Positions 50,565 through 60,955 of a stretch of DNA of 64,000 bases are shown here, piece by piece. Both the position numbers and the translations under genes were made by a program. This DNA is from an uncultured Verrucomicrobiae bacterium (GTDB lineage Bacteria; Verrucomicrobiota; Verrucomicrobiia; Chthoniobacterales; JAFAMB01), in the NCBI GenBank assembly GCA_963837955.1, contig CAWIPH010000002.1, forward strand, positions 3,520,001 through 3,584,000, written 5' to 3'. Within the stretch, counting starts at the first letter, position 1, and each line of letters opens with the position of its first letter. Below the pieces are notes generated by a model. The model was not told the DNA's origin. It worked only from the letters and a program-made list of their open reading frames with translations, and did not search any database.

Positions 50565-51320
50565 ATGAGGGTCGTCGCAATTATTCCGGCCCGTTGGGCA
50601 TCGACCCGCTTTCCCGGAAAGCCGTTACACGGCATCGCCGGCAAGCCTCTGATCCAGCACGTTTGGTCTCGTTGCGTCGAAGCGAAAGTGTTTGATCGCG
50701 TTGTCGTTGCAACGGACGATATGCGCATCGTCGAAGCAGCTTTTCAGTTTGGGGCCGAGGTGGCTCTTACGGCTGCTGAACACCAAAGCGGCACAGATCG
50801 TATAGCGGAAGTGGCAAAAAAGATGAAGAAAGTCTCTCTCATCTTTAATATCCAGGGAGATGAGCCCCTGGTTGATCCGCGACTGCTCCGCCGTCTGGTG
50901 AAGAAGCTGCAACAGGATCGGAGCACCGACGTGATCACCGCCGCCACCGCTGTATCTCCCCAGGAGGCCGAGAACGACCATATCGTTAAGGTAGTGGTGG
51001 ACCGAGGAGGATCGGCTCTCTACTTTTCACGCAGCAAAATCCCGTTCGCACGTTCCGCAACTGGTTCGGGGTGGCTCCGGCATCTTGGCATCTACGGATA
51101 TCGCAGGAGAGCGTTATTGGACTTTGTCCGGCTGGCACCGAGTCCGCTGGAAACAACTGAACAGCTCGAACAGTTGCGCGCACTGGAAAATGGCATGAAG
51201 ATTCGCGTCGTTATCTCTAAGAGCGGTTCGATTGGTGTGGACACGCCGGAGGATGCTAGCGCGATCGAACGCCAAATTTTAAGCGATGGTGGCACCTCTG
51301 CGACTCCGGCAGGCCGATGA
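50565..51320 (+). CDS. kdsB: CMP-Kdo synthetase
   Basis: IPARWASTRFPGKPL, SGTDR, QGDEP, LYFSRS, EQLEQLRALENG. Confidence 0.96.
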   Translation: MRVVAIIPARWASTRFPGKPLHGIAGKPLIQHVWSRCVEAKVFDRVVVATDDMRIVEAAFQFGAEVALTAAEHQSGTDRIAEVAKKMKKVSLIFNIQGDEPLVDPRLLRRLVKKLQQDRSTDVITAATAVSPQEAENDHIVKVVVDRGGSALYFSRSKIPFARSATGSGWLRHLGIYGYRRRALLDFVRLAPSPLETTEQLEQLRALENGMKIRVVISKSGSIGVDTPEDASAIERQILSDGGTSATPAGR

Positions 51321-51356
51321 TCGCGGCCATGAGGTGTGCCAACGTCGGCACCCTAG

Positions 51357-52973
<1,617 letters not shown>

Positions 52974-52976
52974 AAC

Positions 52977-53196
52977 GTAGCCTGATGCTTCCGCCTTCGT
53001 TCTACCACAACCCCATAAACTTCGGCGGACGAGCCAGCCTCAGTGATGGTATTGTGATTAGTGAGAGGAGTGGTAAAAGGCGCGGTGAGAGATTTCTGCC
53101 GAGGATTTTGCCGATAGGCATCCACCGATCACTTCTCACCAACCACTTCTCACAATCGCAGCACCCTCGGTTACTGAGCCGGGAGGATCAGGCTAC
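52977..53196. repeat. Inverted GTAG-REP pair enclosing inverted heptamer tracts; left arm interrupted by a 45-nt hairpin cassette (52990-53034)
   Basis: GTAGCCTGATGCT[cassette]CAGCCTCAGTGA versus right arm TTACTGAGCCGGGAGGATCAGGCTAC. Confidence 0.75.
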
Positions 53197-53214
53197 TCTG
53201 CAACGCCTGCACGC

Positions 53215-53445
53215 TTAATCCACAATCTGGAGAACTGCTTGGTGGCCGCTTCTGGCCGCGGCCGCGTTCAGAAGGTTGCGCATTGCGGTGATCGTCTGCC
53301 CGTTGCGTCCGATGACTTTCCCGACGTCCGATCGCCGCATTTCTATTTTGAACAAGATCTTGCTACCCTGTTCCACCTTCGTGACCAGCACTTCCTCCGG
53401 TGCTTCGACCAAATGCTGAATCACGAATTCCAGGAAGTTCTCCAC
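53215..53445 (-). CDS. khpA: KH-domain RNA-binding protein
   Basis: DVGKVIGRNG.TI.AMR; follows rpsP. Confidence 0.9.
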   Translation of the reverse strand: MENFLEFVIQHLVEAPEEVLVTKVEQGSKILFKIEMRRSDVGKVIGRNGQTITAMRNLLNAAAARSGHQAVLQIVD

Positions 53446-53453
53446 AAGACAAA

Positions 53454-53714
53454 TCAGGCTTGGACGGCGGCCAGTTTTTTGCGAGCCTTGCGAATCATGC
53501 TGGCAACAGTCTCGCTCGGTTGGGCACCGTTCTTAACCCAGTAATCAACGCGATCCAGGTTGATCTCGTAGTTCTCTCCGGTTTTTCTCGGATCGTAATT
53601 ACCGATCATTTCAATAAATTTGCCGTCGCGCGGACTTCGTTTGTCCGCGACGATGACACGGTAATAGGGACGGTTCTTGGCGCCCTCTCGCCTCAGCCTA
53701 ATTACTACTGCCAT
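53454..53714 (-). CDS. rpsP: 30S ribosomal protein S16
   Basis: [33 protein letters not shown]. Confidence 0.98.
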   Translation of the reverse strand: MAVVIRLRREGAKNRPYYRVIVADKRSPRDGKFIEMIGNYDPRKTGENYEINLDRVDYWVKNGAQPSETVASMIRKARKKLAAVQA

Positions 53715-53750
53715 AAATTAAAGTTCGCGAACGAAGTCCCTTCTTGCCCG

Positions 53751-55079
53751 CTATTTTCTAAAAGGTTTAGCCCCTGGGACTTGGGCCATCATTTTTTTAA
53801 GCTGTCCCGAATTCTTCATCAATTTCCTCATTTGATTAAATCCTTGAAGAACCGTGTTTACTTCCGAGACAGAGGTTCCACTGCCGCGAGCTATTCTTTG
53901 ACGCCTCCTCGCATTGAGGATGTCGGGCTGCTTCCTTTCACCCGGAGTCATCGAGAGGACAATTGCCTCGGTTCGCTTCAGTCTCTTTTCGTCAACCGAA
54001 AAGCCTTTCACATTACTCATCCCCGGAAGCATGCCAAGAATATTTTCCAGCGGCCCCATCCGGCGCAGCATTTTGAATTGGGCAAGAAAATCGTTGAAAT
54101 CGAACGATGCGGTTCGCAGTTTCTTCTCGAGCCGCGCTGCCTCGTCGGCATCAATTGCTTCGGCCGCGCGCTCGACCAAGCCGATGACATCTCCCATCCC
54201 GAGAATTCTCCCGGCCATTCTCTCGGGTTGAAATGCCTCGAATTGATCGATCTTCTCGCCGACACCGGCGAATTTGATCGGTCGCTGAGTAACCTCCCGG
54301 AGAGAGAGCGCGGCGCCTCCTCGGGCATCACCGTCGAGTTTGGTCAAAACTAAACCGGTCAAGCCCAGCGCCTCGTGAAAATGAGTCGCCACAGTTACCG
54401 CCTGTTGTCCTGTCGCCGCATCGCAAACGAGAAGAACTTCTTGAGGCTGCAAAAAATCGCGGAGTTGTTTTAGTTCGGCGACCAGCACCTCATCAATTTC
54501 GAGGCGTCCCGCCGTGTCGAATATTTGAACATTCCCGGTCTGCGACTCGGCCCATTTCAAGCCGGCTCTTCCAACCGGCTGCAAATTTGTTTCACCAGGA
54601 TCCGGACGAAAAACCGGGACTCCCACCTGCTTGGCCAAGGTAGCAAGCTGCTCAATTGCAGCCGGTCGATGCAAATCCAAGGCGAACAAGAGCGGCGCTT
54701 TGCCTTGCTTCTTCAGCAAGTTTGCCAGTTTGGCCGCGGACGTCGTTTTGCCGGCACCATGCAACCCGACCAGCATAATGCGAGCAGGGCTCGAAAGAAC
54801 CAAGGGTTCAGCGTTCCCCCCCAGCAAAGCGGTCAACTCATCATGGAAAATTTTAACGATTTGCTGGCCTGGAGAAATACTCCGGAGGACTTCCTGTCCA
54901 AGCGATTTTGCGCGGACTCGCGCAATGAAGTCTTTGGCGACCTGATAATGAACGTCCGCCTCTAATAAGGCCAAGCGGACTTGCCGGAGGGCATCCGTAA
55001 TATTGCTCTCCGAAATAGCACCGTGACCGCGGAGGTCCTTAAAAACATCCTGAAGCCGGTCAGATAGTTGAGCAAACAC
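53751..55079 (-). CDS. ffh: Signal recognition particle protein (GTG start 55079)
   Basis: ALLEADV, GAGKTT, DTAGR, TKLDGDARGG, RILGMGD. Confidence 0.97.
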   Translation of the reverse strand: MFAQLSDRLQDVFKDLRGHGAISESNITDALRQVRLALLEADVHYQVAKDFIARVRAKSLGQEVLRSISPGQQIVKIFHDELTALLGGNAEPLVLSSPARIMLVGLHGAGKTTSAAKLANLLKKQGKAPLLFALDLHRPAAIEQLATLAKQVGVPVFRPDPGETNLQPVGRAGLKWAESQTGNVQIFDTAGRLEIDEVLVAELKQLRDFLQPQEVLLVCDAATGQQAVTVATHFHEALGLTGLVLTKLDGDARGGAALSLREVTQRPIKFAGVGEKIDQFEAFQPERMAGRILGMGDVIGLVERAAEAIDADEAARLEKKLRTASFDFNDFLAQFKMLRRMGPLENILGMLPGMSNVKGFSVDEKRLKRTEAIVLSMTPGERKQPDILNARRRQRIARGSGTSVSEVNTVLQGFNQMRKLMKNSGQLKKMMAQVPGAKPFRK

Positions 55080-55107
55080 CGGTAAAATCGAGTCCGATTG
55101 TCCCTTT

Positions 55108-56295
55108 TTAGTTGGTTGCGACTGGCCCCGCTGGGTCAACCGTGAAACCCCAACGCGTCTCGACTTTCTTGCCGTTCACCTTTGCCGTCAGGATCACCGT
55201 GTATGTCTTCGGAACCAATTTCTGGGTAAATACGTAGCTTACAAGTTTCGTCTTCGGATCATAGGTCGCCGGTACCACCCCGAACCCACTGACCCGCATT
55301 TCGACCGATTTGGGATCAACGTCCCCCATGCTAGCCAAGTTGGCCTTAATCGTGGGTTTGGGCTCCGTAATATGCTGATCATTCAGCGGCTCTGTAAGCA
55401 TCGCGGCTGAGGCGAGTTGGCTGGTTTCTACGCCAGGCTGAGTGCTATCGCTCGCCCCAAAGTCCAGGGCTGACTTGAACACATCAGATTTTAGAGAATC
55501 GATCGCGTATCGGCCAATTTGATCGGCTGGCACATTGATATCCATGTGCCGGCCATAAACCGTAAACTGCATCTCATAACCGGCTTCTTTGGCGGTCTTG
55601 CGGACGACCTCATTGTGAAAGCCGTATGGGAAGGCGAAAGCGATGATCTTAACCCCGAGCTTCTCTTCCAGGGTCTCTTTGCAGCTATAAACTTCGTTGT
55701 GCAACCAGGACGTATAATCCTGCCCTTTCGGAGCATGGCGCAGATCGTGGTGCGACACAGTGTGACTTTCAATGTCGACTCCAGCATCTCGCATCTCTGC
55801 CAGCTGCCCCCAAGTCATCGCCTTACCGCCTGTCCCTACCCACTGCGTATAGATAAATAGCGTGAATGGGTAACCGAATTCTTTCAAAATCGGCCAGGCC
55901 ACGTTGTACTGGGAGTTCCATCCATCGTCGATGGTAATGACCGCGCTCTTTAACGGGATCGGCTTTTGGCCATTTCGCCAGGCGAGCAGGTCCTGCATTG
56001 AGATCACGGAAATTCCATTATCTTTTAGCGCCTTCATTTGGGCGCGAAAATCGTTCGGCAACGTTACCAACTCGGCCGCCCTATCTTCGAAGCGATGATA
56101 AAGAAGAACGATGAATTTGGCATTGCGATTGGTGTCGGGAGTCGGTGTTGGAGTTGCCTGCACTACAGGGCTTGGTGTCGTCGCTACCGATGCCGTTGGA
56201 CCCGGGGTAGGCTTAGTCGAATCACTCTCCGCCTTCTTGCATCCCGCTACGACAAGCGGTAACACCGACAGAAACACCAATAAACAACGGCGCAT
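55108..56295 (-). CDS. Lipoprotein polysaccharide deacetylase (CE4) with C-terminal Ig-like domain
   Basis: Lipobox VVAGC, PT linker, LYH, TIDDG, HTVSH, FPYG. Confidence 0.88.
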   Translation of the reverse strand: MRRCLLVFLSVLPLVVAGCKKAESDSTKPTPGPTASVATTPSPVVQATPTPTPDTNRNAKFIVLLYHRFEDRAAELVTLPNDFRAQMKALKDNGISVISMQDLLAWRNGQKPIPLKSAVITIDDGWNSQYNVAWPILKEFGYPFTLFIYTQWVGTGGKAMTWGQLAEMRDAGVDIESHTVSHHDLRHAPKGQDYTSWLHNEVYSCKETLEEKLGVKIIAFAFPYGFHNEVVRKTAKEAGYEMQFTVYGRHMDINVPADQIGRYAIDSLKSDVFKSALDFGASDSTQPGVETSQLASAAMLTEPLNDQHITEPKPTIKANLASMGDVDPKSVEMRVSGFGVVPATYDPKTKLVSYVFTQKLVPKTYTVILTAKVNGKKVETRWGFTVDPAGPVATN

Positions 56296-56393
56296 ACAAA
56301 TCTGCCGGAGATATATCACGGCTGGGCGAATTGTGAAGCGCAGATTCATTGTTAGGTCTACTAAATTCTCCATCGCCTTATCCAGAGGAGGTT

Positions 56394-57701
56394 CTAGTCT
56401 GCTACCTCCGTAAGGCCAAGCCGGCGAAACGTCTCATCGATATGACTGAAATGTCGCTCGACCGAGCAAATATTCATCAACTCCGAATCTGAGATCAACT
56501 TGGTTATTTCCGGAATTTTCCGGATCTCAGCCAGAAAATCGGAGTTGTTCTTCCACGTTGACATGGCCGCCCCTTGCACAGCCTCATAGGCCGCTCTTCG
56601 TTCCATTCCGCGCCTGGTCAATTCGAGCAAAATCGACTGACTAAAGTAAAGGCCTTTACTCATCTCTAAGTTCTGTCGCATCTGCTCTGGATAGATCATC
56701 AGGCCCTCCACGAGTTTGGCCAGCGTGTTTAACATATAGTCTACCAGCACGCAGGAGTCCGGGAGAATGATCCGTTCCACGCTACTGTGACTGATATCCC
56801 GCTCATGCCAGAGCGCGACATTTTCGAGTGCGGCCAACGCATTGCCGCGAATGACTCGAGCTAAGCCGCTCAAACGTTCTCCGGTAATCGGATTGCGCTT
56901 ATGCGGCATCGCTGAACTCCCTTTCTGGCCAGGGCTGAAGTATTCTTCGATTTCACGCACTTCTGTTCTTTGCAGGTGCCGGAACTCGGTGGCCCAGCGG
57001 TCGATGCTGGACGCTATAAGCGCCAAAGTCGTACTGAATTCTGCGTGCCGATCCCGCTGAATGACTTGAGTCGACAGCCGATCGGGCTCTAATTGCAATC
57101 GTCGGCAAACAATTTCTTCTACCCTCGGATCCAGGTGAGCGTGGGTTCCCACTGCTCCACTCAATTTTCCGACAGCGATCGCAGCCCGCGCATGTTGCAA
57201 CCGCGTTTCCGCTCGCCCGAACTCGTCATACATGAGCGCCATTTTTAAACCAAAAGTAATGGGCTCGGCGTGAATTCCGTGACTTCGTCCGATCATCGGC
57301 GTGCGCCTGTGAGCAATGGCTTGATGAGCCGCAGCCGAACGGACGGATCGGATCCCCGAAGCGAGCAGATCGCTCGCTTCTACCAGCTGGACCGCCAACG
57401 TGGTATCGAGAATATCAGACGAAGTCAGACCCTGGTGCATCCAGCGAGCAGCCGGACCAATATATGATGAGACATTTTCGAGAAAAGCGATGACATCGTG
57501 ATTCGTCCGTTTCTCGATTTCGGCAATCTCAGCCACGGAAAACTTGCCTTGCGCGCGAATCGTTTCGGCGTCCGCCCGGGGGATAAGGCCCAACTCGGCC
57601 ATGGCTTCGCAAGCCAATGTCTCGATCTCGAGCCAAATTGAGAACTTCCGCTCTTCCGACCAGATATCCCGCATCTGCGGGCGCGAATAACGAGGGATCA
57701 C
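56394..57701 (-). CDS. purB: Adenylosuccinate lyase (GTG start 57701)
   Basis: IPRYS, HDVIAF, TSSD, RSHGIHAEP, GSSAMPHKRNP, LWHERDISHSS. Confidence 0.97.
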   Translation of the reverse strand: MIPRYSRPQMRDIWSEERKFSIWLEIETLACEAMAELGLIPRADAETIRAQGKFSVAEIAEIEKRTNHDVIAFLENVSSYIGPAARWMHQGLTSSDILDTTLAVQLVEASDLLASGIRSVRSAAAHQAIAHRRTPMIGRSHGIHAEPITFGLKMALMYDEFGRAETRLQHARAAIAVGKLSGAVGTHAHLDPRVEEIVCRRLQLEPDRLSTQVIQRDRHAEFSTTLALIASSIDRWATEFRHLQRTEVREIEEYFSPGQKGSSAMPHKRNPITGERLSGLARVIRGNALAALENVALWHERDISHSSVERIILPDSCVLVDYMLNTLAKLVEGLMIYPEQMRQNLEMSKGLYFSQSILLELTRRGMERRAAYEAVQGAAMSTWKNNSDFLAEIRKIPEITKLISDSELMNICSVERHFSHIDETFRRLGLTEVAD

Positions 57702-57886
57702 GCTCGACGTTAAAACGCCCGCCGCAGATACGAAACAGTTTTTTCGGCTAGAGAAAGTGAGACAGAACGGCGCACCAGCAAATGGCTGGGCCGGAACACG
57801 TTGCCGTAGCAATCCGGCGGATGGGGATCTGCTAGCTTGAAGGGGCGCTAATTTATACGACGCTCGCGAGAAATCGATCGAGCCTG

Positions 57887-58001
57887 GGGAGGGATCGCGT
57901 CCTCGCGATCCGCGGCGCACGAGGATCCGACGTCGCGGAGCTCTTAATCTTATGGCACAAGGCGCCCGATAAGCTATGTCGGACAGGCTGTGCGCCCTCC
58001 C
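57887..58001. repeat. GGAG-REP doublet with a 64-nt hairpin cassette (57926-57989, minus orientation) in its second arm
   Basis: Same doublet as 28940-29054, with identical cassette ends. Confidence 0.9.
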
Positions 58002-58044
58002 GTTTTGTGTCCGAGTTATCGGACGCTCTGCGTAAGCAGGACTG

Positions 58045-58218
58045 CTACCGCACGCGTGCTCTAATTTTCCGGCCGTTGTTCATTATGCTGACTTGGCCTG
58101 AAGCAAGAAGGTCAGCGACGGCGGCGGCCGTTTCCTCTTGGCTGTTAGAATAGGAGCTAACTGCTAAAATTAAATCGCCGAGCGAGAGCGGCCTACTCGT
58201 TACTTTTCGCCTTTTCAT
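58045..58218 (-). CDS. 57-aa small protein absent from the ORF track (MKRRKVTSRPLSLGDLILAVSSYSNSQEETAAAVADLLASGQVSIMNNGRKIRARVR)
   Basis: AAGGA ribosome-binding site 7 nt before ATG; fills an otherwise empty interval; helix-helix-strand pattern. Confidence 0.7.
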   Translation of the reverse strand: MKRRKVTSRPLSLGDLILAVSSYSNSQEETAAAVADLLASGQVSIMNNGRKIRARVR

Positions 58219-58437
58219 CGTGATATCCTTTCAAGGTCTTTTAGGTTCCGGTATCAGCCGCCTAGGTCCCAAAAAAGCCCCTAGCATAGCGAATACCATA
58301 TTCTTACGTCCGAACCATTAGACGAAGGGATCTAATGTTCCGTTTAAAACTTTCTTGTTTTCTGCTCATTTTTCTTCGAACAGAGATTTTCGGTTGCAGA
58401 GAGCTCGGGCTTCGCCGAGACATCCCCGGCGTTTTTT

Positions 58438-59103
58438 ATGCAGTGGAATCCGATTGACCTTCTTCTCCACCTTAATGACCACCTCGACCAGTTGTCCCTG
58501 CAGGTGGGCGGATGGGTCTATCTTGTGTTGTTCCTTATCGTTTTTTGTGAGAGCGGAATAGTTGTCACGCCGTTTCTCCCCGGAGACGCTCTCCTTTTCA
58601 CAGTTGGCGCTCTGACCGCCACCACCACGCATTTCAATCTTTACCTCGTCCTGTTCCTGCTCACTCTCGCTGCTTTCCTAGGTTATACGCTTAATTATTG
58701 GGTTGGTGCGGCGCTCGGAAGAAGGTTGTTCAAACGGGATAATTCCAAGATTTTTAATCGCAAATACCTGGAACAGACCCACGGCTTTTACGATCGCCAC
58801 GGTGGCAAAACGATCGCTCTTGCTCGATATCTGCCGGTGATTCGCACCTTCGCGCCGTTCGTCGCCGGAATGGCGGGCATGGATTACGGGAAGTTTTTCC
58901 TCTACAATCTTCTGGGTGGCATCTTCTGGGTTTTCAGCGTCGTTCTGGTGGGTCACTTTTTCGGAGGCCTTCCTTACGTCCAGCACAATTTCACGTTGGT
59001 GATCCTCGGCGTGATCGTAATCTCGATGATTCCGCCAGGAATCGAATTTGTCCGGGCCTGGCTGGCACGTTCCGAAACCAGCAAGACGCCGAGCGGAGAA
59101 TAA
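58438..59103 (+). CDS. dedA: DedA-family membrane protein
   Basis: FCESG....PFLPGD.LLF, GGKTI..AR..P..RTFAPFVAG. Confidence 0.93.
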   Translation: MQWNPIDLLLHLNDHLDQLSLQVGGWVYLVLFLIVFCESGIVVTPFLPGDALLFTVGALTATTTHFNLYLVLFLLTLAAFLGYTLNYWVGAALGRRLFKRDNSKIFNRKYLEQTHGFYDRHGGKTIALARYLPVIRTFAPFVAGMAGMDYGKFFLYNLLGGIFWVFSVVLVGHFFGGLPYVQHNFTLVILGVIVISMIPPGIEFVRAWLARSETSKTPSGE

Positions 59104-59176
59104 GGCTGCCTTTCGACCTTCGGTTGGTTAACGAAATTCCTGACAATCCGGACCCCGTTGTGCTAAGGGTTCGCTC

Positions 59177-60832
59177 GTGCGCAAAGCGAAGGCCTGGCTA
59201 GTAACCGTCGCTTTTATATTAGCCATAGTTGGTGCCGGATGGTGGCTGGCGACGAGAGCTTCGTCTTTGACGCCCACTCTGGCTCATGCCGACGCGAAAA
59301 AAGTTCTTCTACTTCACGTCGGGACTGAGCCTTCGGCCCTGGACCCACAACAGGTACGCGGCATACCGGAATCAAAAATCCTAAGCTGCTTGTTTGAAGG
59401 TTTGGTTATTCCGGATCCACGCGACAGCACCAAACAATTTCCCGGGGTCGCTGATTCTTGGGAGCATAATGAAGACTCCTCGGTTTGGACATTCCATCTG
59501 CGAGCAGACGCCAGATGGTCAAACGGTGATCCGCTCACAGCAAGCGATTTTGCCTTTTCTTTCCAGCGCATTCTGACTCCGGAACTTGGCGCTTTCTTCG
59601 CGGACTATCTGTACATCATTCGGGGCGGTGAAGAGTTCCATAAAGGAAAGATCAAAGACTTTACTCAGGTCGGAGTGAGAGTGATCGATCCGCATACATT
59701 GCGGCTGGAGCTAATCGGTCCGACCCCCTATTTGCTCTCTGCTCTTACAAATTATTTTTGGTTTCCCGTTCACCCAGCAACGATTCTTCGATTTGGCAAA
59801 CTCGGAGATCGAAACACCCGCTGGACCCAGCCAGATACTTTTGTTGGTAATGGACCATTCCTCATGAAGACCTGGAAACAGAACGATGTCATTGAGACCG
59901 TCCGTAACCCGTTTTATTGGAACGCCGAAAACGTAAAACTCAACGGCGTCAATTTCTACTCGATCGAAGATCAGAATACTGCAGATCGGGCCTTTCGGGC
60001 AGGACAACTGCATACGACACTTGATATACCGCTGGACAAGGTCCCTTTTTACCGGCGCGAGCACCCGGAACTGATCCATTTGGAACCGTATGCCGCAGTC
60101 TATTTTTATCGCATCAACGTGGCGCAAAAGCCGTTGAACGATGCCAGGGTCAGACAAGCGCTCAACTTGGCGCTTGATCGCGAGAGTATCGTCCAAAACT
60201 TGCTTCGGGGTGATCAGCTCCCCGCTACCGGAGTGACGCCCCCAGGGTTTCCCGGCTATCAGCCAGTAGATATCGCGAGATACGATCCGGAAAGAGCGCG
60301 AAGTCTCCTGGCGGAAGCAGGTTACCCGGGCGGAGCCGGATTCCCGCCGATCAGCATCCTAATAAATACGAGCGAGGCGCACCGTTCGATCGCCGAAGCA
60401 ATTCAACAGATGTGGCGAGAAGAGTTAAACATCTCCGTTCAAATCGAAAATCAGGAATGGAAGGTCTACCTGCAATCGATGCATCAACATCACTTCACGA
60501 TTGCGCGCAACGGTTGGGTCTCCGGTTTTCTCGATCCGCTGTCCATGCTCGAGATCTGGAAAAGTGATAGCAGTCTGAACGACAGCAGCTGGTCTAACCC
60601 GCAATTCGATGCGTTGCTGCGAGAGGCGAGCGTTACCAGCGAGGCATCGCTGCGGCTGGCTAAGCTTCGCCAAGCCGAAGAAATTTTGATCCGGGAATCA
60701 CCACTCTTGCCGATCTATTGGTATACCCGCGTTTACCTCCTCGATCCGGCGGTCAAGGGATGGCAGGCAAACCTGGAAGACAAGCACCCCGTCCAGTTTA
60801 TCGACCTTCAGCCGGGAATTCCGTTGCGCTAG
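59177..60832 (+). CDS. Peptide ABC transporter substrate-binding protein (OppA-like)
   Basis: EP..LDP, LFEGLV, TFHLR.DARWSNGDPLTA.DF, NGPF, LAEAGYP, WSN..FD. Confidence 0.92.
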   Translation: MRKAKAWLVTVAFILAIVGAGWWLATRASSLTPTLAHADAKKVLLLHVGTEPSALDPQQVRGIPESKILSCLFEGLVIPDPRDSTKQFPGVADSWEHNEDSSVWTFHLRADARWSNGDPLTASDFAFSFQRILTPELGAFFADYLYIIRGGEEFHKGKIKDFTQVGVRVIDPHTLRLELIGPTPYLLSALTNYFWFPVHPATILRFGKLGDRNTRWTQPDTFVGNGPFLMKTWKQNDVIETVRNPFYWNAENVKLNGVNFYSIEDQNTADRAFRAGQLHTTLDIPLDKVPFYRREHPELIHLEPYAAVYFYRINVAQKPLNDARVRQALNLALDRESIVQNLLRGDQLPATGVTPPGFPGYQPVDIARYDPERARSLLAEAGYPGGAGFPPISILINTSEAHRSIAEAIQQMWREELNISVQIENQEWKVYLQSMHQHHFTIARNGWVSGFLDPLSMLEIWKSDSSLNDSSWSNPQFDALLREASVTSEASLRLAKLRQAEEILIRESPLLPIYWYTRVYLLDPAVKGWQANLEDKHPVQFIDLQPGIPLR

Positions 60833-60869
60833 CCAAGCGACGAATTTCTCCAATATTCATTGACCAAAG

Positions 60870-60943
60870 AAACGGCGGAAGCCGCAATGCAGCTCCCGCC
60901 TGTTTAATCCTAACTTGTCTCCCCCTCCGCTTTGCGGAAGGGG
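60870..60943. terminator. Two GC-rich hairpins between convergent genes
   Basis: GGCGGAAGC/GCTCCCGCC and CCCCCTCCGC/GCGGAAGGGG stems. Confidence 0.5.
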
Positions 60944-60955
60944 AACGAATCATTT

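Noticed and set aside
53400..54353. 317-aa plus-strand ORF and many similar antisense ORFs in the track
   Set aside because: Shadows of well-supported genes on the opposite strand
53714..55110. SRP RNA or tRNA near ffh or elsewhere in the window
   Set aside because: No recognisable SRP loop or tRNA cloverleaf seen by eye
60575..60586. 12-nt match (CTGAACGACAGC) between cassette core A and the oppA-like gene
   Set aside because: Too short to distinguish from chance in a window this size
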